Under the pieces are notes generated by a model, which did not search any database, had not been told where the DNA came from, and saw nothing but the letters and a program-made list of their open reading frames with translations. A DNA stretch of 64,000 nucleotides. It comes from Chloroflexota bacterium (GTDB lineage: Bacteria; Chloroflexota; UBA11872; VXOZ01). The stretch covers positions 960,001 through 1,024,000 of the forward strand of contig OZ219802.1 in NCBI GenBank assembly GCA_964291655.2. Direction: 5' to 3'. Shown one piece after another: positions 38,824 through 48,814 of the stretch (its first letter is position 1; each line of letters begins with the position of its first letter). A program made the position numbers and the translations under genes.

Positions 38824-38920
38824 AGAGGGAGTCTCCGGCCTGTCGGCGTGGGCTCTCCCCAGCAAGAGGGAGCCTTCGGCCTGTCGGCGTGGGTTCTCCA
38901 CAGCGAGAGGGAGCCTCTCC
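38824..38920 (+). repeat. 41-bp tandem repeat (2 units plus partial)
   Basis: AGAGGGAG..CGGCCTGTCGGCGTGGG.TCTCC.CAGC at 38824 and 38865, partial at 38906. Confidence 0.8.
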
Positions 38921-38995
38921 GTCTGCCAGGTACAGGTGTACAAGGTCGCCCAGGAAGTGGGAACCGGCTAGGTGCGCGCTTTTCACTGCCAACCT

Positions 38996-39159
38996 GTAGC
39001 GCGGAGGCTTGTCCTCCGCTCCTTGCCTCCCGATCCGCCGCACGAGGACACGCAACTCGACCATTGCTTGCCATCCCGTAGCGCGGGTGCTTGTCCCCCG
39101 CTCTTCGCCTCCCCATCTGCATCACGTGGTCACGCAACTCTACCCTTGCCTGCCATGCC
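38996..39159 (+). repeat. 82-bp tandem units each headed by a GTAG-REP
   Basis: Units start at 38996 and 39078. The first has a compensatory stem, GCGGAGG/CCTCCGC. Confidence 0.8.
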
Positions 39160-39223
39160 GCAGTGTCGGGGGTTTTCCCTCACTGCTCGGCACGCATGAC
39201 TTTCGCCAAATTGAGCAAAGTGC

Positions 39224-39634
39224 TTAGTTACTCGGCTCAGGCGTTTTCACCACGGTGGGACCCGCCGGAGTAGGTGTAGGCTCCTGGCTTGGTGGTGCCG
39301 GAATCTTCAACTCCTGGCCGATGGAGAGAGGATAGGGGTCTTGTAGGTTGTTCGCTGCGGCGATCTGTTGCCACGTAACGCCTGGAAACTTGTCGGCAAT
39401 TGTGCTCAAAGTGTCCCCGGACACTACCGTATAGACAGAGTCTTCAGACGGTTGTGCCGTCGCTCCCGCCACAGGTGTCGGACTTGGTCGAATAATGGTA
39501 ATTGTCGGAGTCGGCGTGGGGGGTACTTCCTCGCCGTCCTCATCTCCCATGAATGGGATGCAGCCGGCTGCCAGCACGACCAGGGCGACGCCCAGCACCA
39601 TAGATTGCGCAATCGAACGACTATCCTGCTTCAT
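39224..39634 (-). CDS. LysM-domain lipoprotein
   Basis: Lipobox AAGC, P/T-rich linker, YTVVSGDTLSTIA..IAAANNL..LSIGQELKIP. Confidence 0.88.
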   Translation of the reverse strand: MKQDSRSIAQSMVLGVALVVLAAGCIPFMGDEDGEEVPPTPTPTITIIRPSPTPVAGATAQPSEDSVYTVVSGDTLSTIADKFPGVTWQQIAAANNLQDPYPLSIGQELKIPAPPSQEPTPTPAGPTVVKTPEPSN

Positions 39635-40054
39635 GCTGACCCTCTCTGCTTCGTTACAGTTCGCAATGCCGCTCGTCTTCAGCCTTCGCTAGAATTCATT
39701 TACGAACCCCGACGTACTCAAGAGCTATCCCAGGAAACGACAAGGGATAACGCTGCACTGAACTACGTGAAACCCATGGAAACATAGGAGACGGAGGCAA
39801 TAAGGAGATACGAGGGGCTCTATCAGGAACGCTCCAGAGTCCTTGCTACATCGGCTTGGCCGCTCACTACGAGTGCGAATCGAGCTATCCAACGGGATTG
39901 CCAACTCCTCGGCGTTCAATGTTAATGTAGTACACACATAAAGCTCCTGACAAGTTTCTCGAGGAGCTGCACAGGTCGTCGTGTGCGTCGTGGGCGGCCA
40001 TCGAGATTGGGTCGAGCTAAATTCATTGAGCCGTTCCCACCCCTGAACGGTGTC

Positions 40055-40783
40055 TCACCCTGTTAGCAAATCGCCCGGCAGGTGCTCTACACGGTTTTGG
40101 TAGCGAATCACCGTCTCATTCTCTGTGAATTCCAGACTCGTCATGCCTGTATTGTAGTGATTGAAGTAGCATTCCCCCTGTTGCTGGCTGCCCATGAGAG
40201 CATGCAATAAGCCATTGGCCGCCGTGCCGTGGGTGATGATGGCAATGTGCTCATCCGTACTCTTTGCCATCGAGCGCAGCTCCTCCGCCACACGTGCCAG
40301 GCGTGGTAAATACTCTGCCTCTCCTTCCGGCGGACGGTTCCACCAACCGTCAGCGGCAAAGTCCGGCGGGATGACATAGCCAGGAAACTGCTCACCCACC
40401 TCTGCACGGGTAAGCCCCGCATGTCCGCGCGGGCCACGCCCGTTGCTTTCGTCATATCGTATGCCGCCCGACTCGTGCAGATCCAGCCAAATCTCCGGGT
40501 GAAGGCCGAGAGCGGCCGCCACCGGTTGCGTCGTTTGCAGCGCCCGCCGCATGGGACTACACAATAGCCGCGCGATGGCATAACCCGAACGATCGCCGTG
40601 CTGTGGCTGCTGGCCCGCTATCAACCTACTCTGCAAGTGCTCGCCAAGCAGCGCAGCCTGTCTCCGGCCCACGTCCGAAATGGCGGGGTCAGTCAGGTAA
40701 CACCGTTCGGCCGGAGGCATACTCGCAAGCCGAACGCCCCGGCGGTAGGTCACGTGGGCGTGGCGGATGATGTACAGTCTCAC
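40055..40783 (-). CDS. Histidine phosphatase family protein
   Basis: LYIIRHA, SPMRRALQT, LHE, IITHG, NTG. Confidence 0.85.
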   Translation of the reverse strand: MRLYIIRHAHVTYRRGVRLASMPPAERCYLTDPAISDVGRRQAALLGEHLQSRLIAGQQPQHGDRSGYAIARLLCSPMRRALQTTQPVAAALGLHPEIWLDLHESGGIRYDESNGRGPRGHAGLTRAEVGEQFPGYVIPPDFAADGWWNRPPEGEAEYLPRLARVAEELRSMAKSTDEHIAIITHGTAANGLLHALMGSQQQGECYFNHYNTGMTSLEFTENETVIRYQNRVEHLPGDLLTG

Positions 40784-40936
40784 GCTCGTCCTCCGTCCAA
40801 TCTCCGTGTCGATTCATGCCGCGCTCGATGCCCGAGATTCTCATCCCGCTCGATACGTGCCTCCGACTTTGCGCCCGTAGCGCAGCGCATCAACGTCTGC
40901 TGCATTAGTCCTGTCGCTCCGCAATTCCCCAGGGCG

Positions 40937-41518
40937 TTAGCCGCCTTCCTCCGGTCGAAAGTTCAGATGCACCTTGCTCTCAGTGGGTTTGTCTTGGTCC
41001 TGGTACTTGCTGCCGAGTCCGGGTGAACCGTAGGGCCGGTCTACGGGAGTAGTCATCGTAAGAAACGAAATCTGCCCAATGAACATGCCCGGATAGAGCG
41101 GGATCGGGAGTTTTGCCACATTCGAGAGTTCCAGGGTTATCGTGCCGGAAAATCCCGGGTCGATGTATCCCGCCGTCGAGTGGATGATGAGACCGAGGCG
41201 CCCCAGCGAACTCTTACCTTCCAGGCGGCCCACCAAGTCTTCGGGCAGCCCCACGCGTTCAAGGGTAGTGCCGAGAGCAAATTCTCCCGGATGCAGCACG
41301 AACGGCTCGTCCTCCGCTACCTCGACACTCTGCGTGAGATCAGGCTGCGGCGCGCTCACGTCAATGTGCGTATAGCGGCTGTGCTCGAAAACGCGAAAGT
41401 GCCTGCCCAGCCGCACGTCCACGCTGGAGGGCTGCACGTGCTCCGCCGCGAACGGCTCGATGCACAAACGTCCCTGAGCTATAAGTTCTGAAATTGTTCG
41501 GTCGCTAAGAACAGACAT
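40937..41518 (-). CDS. dcd: dCTP deaminase
   Basis: VQPSSVDVRL, LHPGEFAL, EGKSSLGRLG, TAGYIDPGF, ITLELSN, SKYQ. Confidence 0.96.
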   Translation of the reverse strand: MSVLSDRTISELIAQGRLCIEPFAAEHVQPSSVDVRLGRHFRVFEHSRYTHIDVSAPQPDLTQSVEVAEDEPFVLHPGEFALGTTLERVGLPEDLVGRLEGKSSLGRLGLIIHSTAGYIDPGFSGTITLELSNVAKLPIPLYPGMFIGQISFLTMTTPVDRPYGSPGLGSKYQDQDKPTESKVHLNFRPEEGG

Positions 41519-41756
41519 GAGTTGCCACGCGCCATCCTCGCCGCGAATTGTCTACGTGCCACTGGTCAGTATAGTGCAGACGGAAGAAGGCCGCGCCTTT
41601 CACGTGCCCTTCGCGGGACCACACACGTTCTCATGCAGTTGACGCTGGACCAGTCAAGGCACAGAGTGCTAACTGTCCCAGTTTCGTGCTATCCTATCGT
41701 GTAAGATTACTCCAATTCCACGTCAATTCCAAGAATACGCGAAAGGAAACTGCGGT

Positions 41757-43091
41757 ATGCAAGTCAAGTCGAAGCTGGCGTTACTTGGTGGCCCTAAGTC
41801 GGTGCAAAGCGATCCCGGTGACATTTTCAATTGGCCCATCGTGACCCCGGAGCACGAAGAAGCCGTCTTGGAAGTGCTGCGGCGGGGCGGCATGTCCGGG
41901 ACGGACGTTACCCGGCAATTTGAGAGTGAATACGCCGAGTGGATTGGCACAACGTATGCGCTCGGCGCGAACACGGGCACTGAGGCGCTGCGCGCGGCAA
42001 TGTACGGTTGCGGCGTGGGCGTAGGCGACGAGTTGATCTCGCCCAGCGTGACGTATTGGGCGTCGTGTCTGCAGGCGCTTTCGCTGGGCGCAAGCGTCGT
42101 CTTTGCCGACATCGACCCGGATACACTCTGCATTGACCCCAACGACATCGAGCACCGCATCTCCGATCGCACCAAGGCCATCGTGGCGGTTCATTACTGC
42201 GGGCATCCCGCCGACATGGACCCCATCATGGAGATCGCGCGCAAGCACAACCTCAAGGTCATCGAGGACGTTTCCCACGCCCACGGCGGGCTCTATAAGG
42301 GCCGCACGTTGGGCACGATCGGCGACGCTGCCGGCATGTCGCTCATGAGCGGTAAGTCATTTGCCACCGGCGAAGCGGGCATCATGACTACCAACAACCG
42401 CGAAATCTATGACCGCGCCGTGGCCTTCGGGCATTATGACCTGTACTCCGAAGAGAACATCGAGACTGACTACCTGAAGCCCTATGCCGGTCTGCCCCTC
42501 GGCGGGTATAAGTACCGCGTCAACCAGTTGAGTTCCGCCATGGGCAGGGTGACGCTGAAGTACTACGACGGCTACATCGCGGAAATCCAGCAAGCCATGA
42601 ACTATTTCTGGGACCTCTTGGAAGGCGTGCCCGGCATTGCGCCGCACCGTCCCGCCACAGATTCCAACAGCACCATGGGCGGCTGGTACGCGGCCCGCGG
42701 CCTCTATCGTCCCGAAGAGGTTGGCGGTCTTTCGATTTCGCGCTTCGCGCAGGCCGTCTCAGCCGAGGGCGCGCGCTGCAGTCCAGGCACCAACAAGCCC
42801 CTGCACCCGCATCCGCTCTTCCACGAGGCCGACGTCTACGGTCACGGCAAGCCCACCGCCATTGCCAACGCGAGTCGGGACGTGCGCCAACCGCTGGGCA
42901 GTCTGCCGGTCAGCGAAGGAATTAGCGCGCGGACCTACAGCATCCCGTGGTTCAAGAAGTTCCGACCGCAGATCATAGAAGAATATGCTAGCGCCTACCG
43001 CAAAGCCGCCGAGAACTACGAAGAGTTGTTGGAAGACGATGAAGGCGGCGGGGAAGACATTGGCACGTGGCGGTTTTTCACTCCGTCGTAA
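41757..43091 (+). CDS. DegT/DnrJ/EryC1/StrS family aminotransferase
   Basis: GDELISPS, VFADIDP, IEDVSHAHG, SLMSGKS, GEAG. Confidence 0.9.
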   Translation: MQVKSKLALLGGPKSVQSDPGDIFNWPIVTPEHEEAVLEVLRRGGMSGTDVTRQFESEYAEWIGTTYALGANTGTEALRAAMYGCGVGVGDELISPSVTYWASCLQALSLGASVVFADIDPDTLCIDPNDIEHRISDRTKAIVAVHYCGHPADMDPIMEIARKHNLKVIEDVSHAHGGLYKGRTLGTIGDAAGMSLMSGKSFATGEAGIMTTNNREIYDRAVAFGHYDLYSEENIETDYLKPYAGLPLGGYKYRVNQLSSAMGRVTLKYYDGYIAEIQQAMNYFWDLLEGVPGIAPHRPATDSNSTMGGWYAARGLYRPEEVGGLSISRFAQAVSAEGARCSPGTNKPLHPHPLFHEADVYGHGKPTAIANASRDVRQPLGSLPVSEGISARTYSIPWFKKFRPQIIEEYASAYRKAAENYEELLEDDEGGGEDIGTWRFFTPS

Positions 43092-43217
43092 GAGTTACAC
43101 CTCTGTGAATGTCGCGTAGCTGCCAAAAGACACCTCAAACTAGGAATCCTGCGATCCACGAGGGTCATTTTCCTCGCTCGTAGTGATTTCACTGGTTGAG
43201 CAACTGAATGAGCATCG

Positions 43218-43250
43218 TGCGCCTGTTGTACAAACGTATGACAGGCGCAT
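43218..43250 (+). terminator. Hairpin downstream of the aminotransferase (putative terminator)
   Basis: GTGCGCCTGTTGTAC-AAAC-GTATGACAGGCGCAT followed by TTT. Confidence 0.5.
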
Positions 43251-43553
43251 TTACATTCTGTGGCATCTTTCGTCTATTTAGAAATCCGCTAGGCGAGAAA
43301 CCTTGCGCCTAGCTTGTTGATTCGTATCCCCATGCGCAACTCCTCCCGGGAACGGTGCAGTCTGCCTCTAGATTCACGTCGTCTCCTGCAACAGCCCGGT
43401 CGCACCATGCGCGAGCAACCGCCCCAAATCCGGGATCACATCAACAAACATGCCTGCAAACCAGCGGTTTTTCGCACCAAACACTCTTTTGGCTTTCCGG
43501 CCTTTTGGCTTACACTGTCATTAAGAGGATAGTGTGGAACGCAGAGAGAGGTA

Positions 43554-43781
43554 ATGGCTATGGATCAATTAGGGATCGTCCTTCTTGTTGGTGTCCTTAT
43601 CATCAGCGCCTGGCTCATTATTCCCCGCATCTTTCCTCATCCGCAGATGAACTGCACTCGGTGTGAAGGCAGCGGCGCGGTAGACGAGAAGTGGCCTAAC
43701 CCCGACGAACCGAGCGGTTGGCACGAACTCAAGGGTCCCTGTCCCAAGTGCGAGGGCAAGGGCAAAGTACGGGCAGCCTAG
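43554..43781 (+). CDS. Small membrane-anchored protein with DnaJ-type CxxCxGxG zinc finger
   Basis: N-terminal TM, CTRCEGSG and CPKCEGKG, GAGAGG SD. Confidence 0.75.
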   Translation: MAMDQLGIVLLVGVLIISAWLIIPRIFPHPQMNCTRCEGSGAVDEKWPNPDEPSGWHELKGPCPKCEGKGKVRAA

Positions 43782-43905
43782 CGTGCGCTTTGGGCCTATG
43801 GGAGCGCCTTGGCATGTCATGCCGAAGAGACTCTGGCACTAGCTGGCGCGATGCAAGCGCCCACCCGGAAACTGCGGCCGCTCACGGCGCCTGGAAAGGC
43901 CACAC

Positions 43906-44859
43906 GTGCTCCTCATACCCATTGACGCCGCACCCGAAGACGAGCGGCAACGGCAGCCCATCGTCACCGTCACGCTGGTGGCGATCAATATCGCAGTCTT
44001 CGTCGCCGCACATAGCTTTGGCTGGAGCGCTCGCGAATACGGCTTGCAACCCGCCGGACTGTGGGCAGGTGAATTAGACCAGCTCCGCAACCTCTTGCTC
44101 GCCGCCTTCCTCCATTTCGGTTTGCTCCACATAGCCGGCAACATGCTGTTTCTCTGGGTCTTTGGCGCAAACGTGGAAGACGAGATGGGACATCTGGGGT
44201 TTGCCGTCTTCTACCTGGTATGCGGACTGGGCGCGGGCATCATCGAGTCTGCCCTCTTTGCCAACGACACCATACCGCGCATTGGCGCCAGCGGCGCTAT
44301 TGCCGGCGTGCTGGGGGCGTATCTTGTCCTCTTTCCGCTGTCACCCATTGGCATTTTGCCAATTCATATCCTCGGCATCTGGATGCTGGGCCGTCTCACC
44401 GGTCATGCTGAGGACCGACCGCCGACCTTCGACGTCTCGGCTCTGATCGTCATTGGCGTCTGGTTGGTGCTCCAGATAATAGGTTCGGTAGGTTCAGCGG
44501 TAGGACAGGAAGGCGGGATAGCCTACACCGCGCATCTTGGTGGGTTTGCCGTTGGCTTTGCGATTGTGCAAGTGTTGCGGCGCGGCTTTGGCTTTGCGCC
44601 CGATGCGGACGACAGCGAACCCGCCATCGTGAGGCAGTCGGGAAGTCAACTCTTAGTGGCGAGGCGTCCGCTACCCGCCGGACATACGCTCAAACCTGAG
44701 GACATAGAACCATATACGTGGCGCCACTCCTTTCCCGATGGCTACTTCAAACCTGAAGAAGCCGCAAGCCTGTACGGAAGGCGGCTACTACGGAACCGCT
44801 ATCGGTACCATGCCATTCTTGAAGATGACTTGGAGTCTATGGATCCCGTTCCCTCGTAG
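43906..44859 (+). CDS. Rhomboid intramembrane serine protease with C-terminal SAF-like domain
   Basis: FLHFGLLHIAGNMLFLWVFG, IGASGAIAG, AHLGGF. C-terminal LVARRPLPAGHTLKPEDI. Confidence 0.88.
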   Translation: MLLIPIDAAPEDERQRQPIVTVTLVAINIAVFVAAHSFGWSAREYGLQPAGLWAGELDQLRNLLLAAFLHFGLLHIAGNMLFLWVFGANVEDEMGHLGFAVFYLVCGLGAGIIESALFANDTIPRIGASGAIAGVLGAYLVLFPLSPIGILPIHILGIWMLGRLTGHAEDRPPTFDVSALIVIGVWLVLQIIGSVGSAVGQEGGIAYTAHLGGFAVGFAIVQVLRRGFGFAPDADDSEPAIVRQSGSQLLVARRPLPAGHTLKPEDIEPYTWRHSFPDGYFKPEEAASLYGRRLLRNRYRYHAILEDDLESMDPVPS

Positions 44860-45002
44860 TGACTGCGTGAGGCCGTCCTAAACGCTGTTTGGTCAAGCCT
44901 TTGATGTGCGTCACTTGGCCCAAACTCAATCTGTTTGCTGCAGGGCTTCCGCTACGTCTATGTAGCCCCTGGGTCGCAACATCGATTTCTTGAGTCTAGC
45001 AC

Positions 45003-45626
45003 TTACATCTTCTGCAGGATATTCGCCTTGAGCGTCTCGTATTCAGCCTCAGATATTAGCTCCTTGTCGAACATCTCTTTGGCTTTTGCCAGCTTCTCTA
45101 CCGGGTCTTCTGCCACACGCTCATGGACAACGTCGCCACCCTCAGGCATCGTTATTTGCGTGCCGCCGGCACGGGCGCGCTCCTCTTCCATCAGTCTTAC
45201 GCGCCGGCGCTCACGCCATTCCTGCTCCTTCTGTTGGCAAATTGTATAGAGGGCCCGAGCTTGGTCTTTTACGAGGTTGCTTGTCCGATACGTTTCCCCT
45301 TTGGTCAGCGTACACTCTAGAGCAGAAGAGAGCATGTTTTGATTTATCTTCACGTTCGCAACGTCTTCCCAGAGGAAGTCATGGAAATCGAATCCCCTAA
45401 ACCGGTGTCGCCGGAAAATGATCATGCGATTGTTTGTTGCCGCTACTGCGTCATACTTCTGGCCCAGTACGGTCCAAGCCTGGTAGGCGATGTACAAAAT
45501 GTTTTCATTCGCTGTGAGGACGGACCTGACCTCTTCGGCAATCGGACGCAGCACGTCTAGTTTCTGGCTTTCGTCAATTCGCTCGATGCCTAGCTCCTGG
45601 CGTGCACCTTCGCCGGAGTCTACCAT
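45003..45626 (-). CDS. PH-like domain protein with C-terminal SHOCT domain
   Basis: VLTANENILYIA, ATNNRMII, DPVEKLAKAKEMFDKELISEAEYETLKANIL. Confidence 0.75.
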   Translation of the reverse strand: MVDSGEGARQELGIERIDESQKLDVLRPIAEEVRSVLTANENILYIAYQAWTVLGQKYDAVAATNNRMIIFRRHRFRGFDFHDFLWEDVANVKINQNMLSSALECTLTKGETYRTSNLVKDQARALYTICQQKEQEWRERRRVRLMEEERARAGGTQITMPEGGDVVHERVAEDPVEKLAKAKEMFDKELISEAEYETLKANILQKM

Positions 45627-45660
45627 GACAATCTCTCCTTCCATGGGGACGTGCAGGGAC

Positions 45661-46107
45661 CTACTTTGGCGGCAGTCTGACGATCGCGAACCAAAAGTCC
45701 TCCAAAGACTGCACCACCGTCGCAAACTGCTCCAAGCCGACCGGCTTGGTTATGTAGCAATTCGCGTGTAGTTGGTAGCTCTTCAATATGTCTTCATCCT
45801 GTGAAGACGTGGTGAGCACCGCCACGGGAATTGTCTTGAGATCGGAATCTTCTTTGATGTCTGCCAGCACCTCGCGCCCATCTTTGCGGGGCATGTTGAG
45901 ATCGAGCAAGATGAGGTCCGGCCGGGGCACGGCAGCATAGGCGCCTTCCTTGCGCAAGAAGGCGAGCGCTTCAACCCCGTCGCCTACCACGTGCAGGTTG
46001 GTACGAATCTTGCTGCCGAGGAGAGTTTCCTCGGTGAGAAGCACGTCGCCCGGATCATCCTCGACGAGGAGGACCTCAACCGGCTTCGCCGCCTGTTCGC
46101 TCGCCAT
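45661..46107 (-). CDS. Single-domain response regulator (Rcp1-like)
   Basis: [40 protein letters not shown]. Confidence 0.92.
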   Translation of the reverse strand: MASEQAAKPVEVLLVEDDPGDVLLTEETLLGSKIRTNLHVVGDGVEALAFLRKEGAYAAVPRPDLILLDLNMPRKDGREVLADIKEDSDLKTIPVAVLTTSSQDEDILKSYQLHANCYITKPVGLEQFATVVQSLEDFWFAIVRLPPK

Positions 46108-46113
46108 TCGCTC

Positions 46114-47409
46114 TTACTCCGTAACTTGTGGCAGGCTAAAGTAGAATGTAGCGCCGCAGCCTTCCTGGGATTCGACCCAGATGCGGCCGCCGTGTCGCTC
46201 GACGATCTTCTTGCACACGGATAGTCCGATACCCGTGCCCCCATACTCTTCCCGCGTGTGCAGCCGCTGGAAGATAACGAAGATGCGCTCGGCGTATTCC
46301 GGGGCAATGCCGATGCCGTTATCGCGTACGGAGAAGACCCATTCGTCGCTCTCATTTGCCGCTGCAATGTGGACCTGCGGTGCTGCTTCTCCACGGTACT
46401 TGATGGCATTGCCAACCAGATTCTGGAATAGGCGCCCGAGTTGCGCCATGTCACCGTTTACGGTTGGCAGCGGGTCGTGGGTAACGCGCGCGTTACCTTC
46501 CGTGACGGCCACGTCCAGGTTGGCCAGGGCTTCCTGGAGAGCATTGTTCAAGTCCACCGGCGCAAACTCTTTGCCGCGCGTGGTTACACGCGAATAGAGC
46601 AAGAGGTCATTGACCAGCGCCTGCATGCGCATTGCGCCATCCACAATGTAATGGAGGTAGACGTTCGCCTTCTCGTCCAACTGCTCGGCGTAACGCGATT
46701 CCAGCAGATTGCAGAAACTGGCGATCTTGCGCAGCGGCTCTTGGAGATCGTGGGAAGCCACATAGGCGAATTGCTCCAGCTCCTGGTTCGAGCGGCGCAA
46801 CTCCGTCACGGCTTGCTCAAGAGCTTGCTGGGCCGCTTCCAGCTTCTCAAATGCGAACGCATTGGCGATCGTTCCGGCGATCTGCGCGCCGATTCTCTCC
46901 GCCTGTGCCAGGTGATTCTCATCGTATGCGTACGGGCGCAACGAGCGGATATTCAAGGCGCCGACAAACACCCCTCGCGCAATGAGGGGCACGGCGATCC
47001 GGGTTTGAAAGTCGCCGCCAAGGTCCCGCGCCGGTTGCTGTCCCGCCTCTTCCTCTTCAGCCGGCGTTCTAAAGAGTATGCCGCGGCGCTCACGTTCCAG
47101 AATGTCACTTATGCCGCCCGGCACTATTTCGTGCACCACGTCGCGTTCCCAGCCCGGAATATCACCGCCCGCCGCATACACCGCACGCACCGTATGCGCT
47201 TCCATATCCACAGCCGAGATTGAGAGGCGATCAAATGGGATGAGCAGTGACACCTGATGGGCAAACTGCTCGTAGATCTCGTCGATATTGAGGGTTGAAC
47301 TGATGATGCGGCTAATCTCTGCGAGAACCGCAAATTCGGTGGCTTGTTGCCCCTGCTGCTCAAGCGAGACGACACCCTGGCTCCGGTCCTGTCGTGACGC
47401 CTCACTCAT
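46114..47409 (-). CDS. GAF-domain sensor histidine kinase (Cph1-type kinase core)
   Basis: GAF region, FAYVASHDLQEPLR, QNLVGNAIKY, DNGIGI, GTGIGL. Start uncertain. Confidence 0.9.
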   Translation of the reverse strand: MSEASRQDRSQGVVSLEQQGQQATEFAVLAEISRIISSTLNIDEIYEQFAHQVSLLIPFDRLSISAVDMEAHTVRAVYAAGGDIPGWERDVVHEIVPGGISDILERERRGILFRTPAEEEEAGQQPARDLGGDFQTRIAVPLIARGVFVGALNIRSLRPYAYDENHLAQAERIGAQIAGTIANAFAFEKLEAAQQALEQAVTELRRSNQELEQFAYVASHDLQEPLRKIASFCNLLESRYAEQLDEKANVYLHYIVDGAMRMQALVNDLLLYSRVTTRGKEFAPVDLNNALQEALANLDVAVTEGNARVTHDPLPTVNGDMAQLGRLFQNLVGNAIKYRGEAAPQVHIAAANESDEWVFSVRDNGIGIAPEYAERIFVIFQRLHTREEYGGTGIGLSVCKKIVERHGGRIWVESQEGCGATFYFSLPQVTE

Positions 47410-47707
47410 CTGCTGCCCCCGGGAGACCTTGGCACAACCCATGCCTTCGGCGCAAAGTCCCCCTCTCCCTGGAAAGAGGTCCAAGGTGAGGAGAATTCTT
47501 CACCGTACTTGCCCAGCTCCTCGTGCCCCTCAGAATTGCGCCAAGGTCTTCTGGGGTATTTGCCGCTACTGTAAAGCCCACCGGTACGGAGTAGAGTCCC
47601 CAAATTTCATCTCTTCTGCCACGCTATTGGCGTGAGTATGCTAGAGTGGTACATGCATTCACGAGACAAGTTTACCACACCAATCAATCAGGGGAGCCGA
47701 CGACGGT

Positions 47708-48109
47708 ATGAACACGAATATCTTCGAAATCCTCCTCGTGGAAGACGATAGCGGCGACGCTGAACTGCTCTACGAACTGCTTGAGCAGGTGCCGAATATG
47801 CAGTTCGATGTTACGCACGTGACGCGACTCGCTGAGGCTAGCGAGCAGACGGAACTAGAGCCGTATGACGTCATCCTGCTCGACCTGGCGCTGCCGGATA
47901 GCCAGGGTATGGATACCATTCGCACGATGGTGAATGCCGCTCCCACTATTCCCATCGTCGTGTTGACAGGCAATAACGACGAAGAGACCGGCCTCGCAGC
48001 ACTAAGGAATGGCGCGCAGGACTACCTCGTAAAGGGTCAGGTGGACAGTGGCGCGGTCACGCGAGCTATGCGATTTGCAATTCAGCGGCACAATGAGCCA
48101 AGCTCATAG
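47708..48109 (+). CDS. Single-domain response regulator
   Basis: LLVEDD, DVILLDLALPD, VVLTG, GAQDYLVK. Confidence 0.9.
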   Translation: MNTNIFEILLVEDDSGDAELLYELLEQVPNMQFDVTHVTRLAEASEQTELEPYDVILLDLALPDSQGMDTIRTMVNAAPTIPIVVLTGNNDEETGLAALRNGAQDYLVKGQVDSGAVTRAMRFAIQRHNEPSS

Positions 48110-48178
48110 AGTAGGCAACGCGCAGACGGTCGGAGCGCCTGCGCCTATTCCACGGACGGCATTCGTCACCGCAGCAAC

Positions 48179-48805
48179 TTAGAGTTGCTTCTCTTCCATA
48201 ATCTTAACGACGATCCTCACGGCCGCATCACTATCGGTACGAGCCGCATTTATGACAAAGTCATAGAGTGATGGATCGTCCCAATCCACATTGAACATGC
48301 GGCGAATGTAACTGCGGCGTTCGTTATCAGAGCGCCGGACTTCCTCCTCGGCCCTGCCGAGATTCATGCCAATCGTCCTGGCTTGATAGCGGGCGCGGTC
48401 GTCCGCTGGGGCCACCAGGCGCAGCTTGAGCACGCCGCGCAAGTCACCGAGAATGATGCCCGCCCCGCGTCCGACGATGATGGCGTCGTCACGCCGGGCA
48501 ATCTCGCGGACCACCGAGCGCAAGGCTGTCCGGACAATCTCAGGCCGCACGCCACCCTCATCGCGCCGCTTGGACAGTTGGCGCCGCACGGGTCCTCCCG
48601 TGATCCGGGACAGGACGCTTTGTATTGCGCTGGGCTCTAGCCGTTCGTCGTATGCCCTCACCACGCCGGTGTGCACTTCCAGCTCTTCCGCGACCTGCTG
48701 GATGAGCCGGTCATCATACAGCGGGTAGCCAAGTGTATTCGTCAGTTTGTCCGTAAAATCGGCTTCACCGGTGCCAAGTTGTCGTGAGACGGTGATAATT
48801 GCCAT
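48179..48805 (-). CDS. Cytidylate kinase-like family protein
   Basis: IITVSRQLGTG, IIVGRGA, DNERRSY, DPSLYDFVIN. Confidence 0.85.
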   Translation of the reverse strand: MAIITVSRQLGTGEADFTDKLTNTLGYPLYDDRLIQQVAEELEVHTGVVRAYDERLEPSAIQSVLSRITGGPVRRQLSKRRDEGGVRPEIVRTALRSVVREIARRDDAIIVGRGAGIILGDLRGVLKLRLVAPADDRARYQARTIGMNLGRAEEEVRRSDNERRSYIRRMFNVDWDDPSLYDFVINAARTDSDAAVRIVVKIMEEKQL

Positions 48806-48814
48806 AGAAACCTC

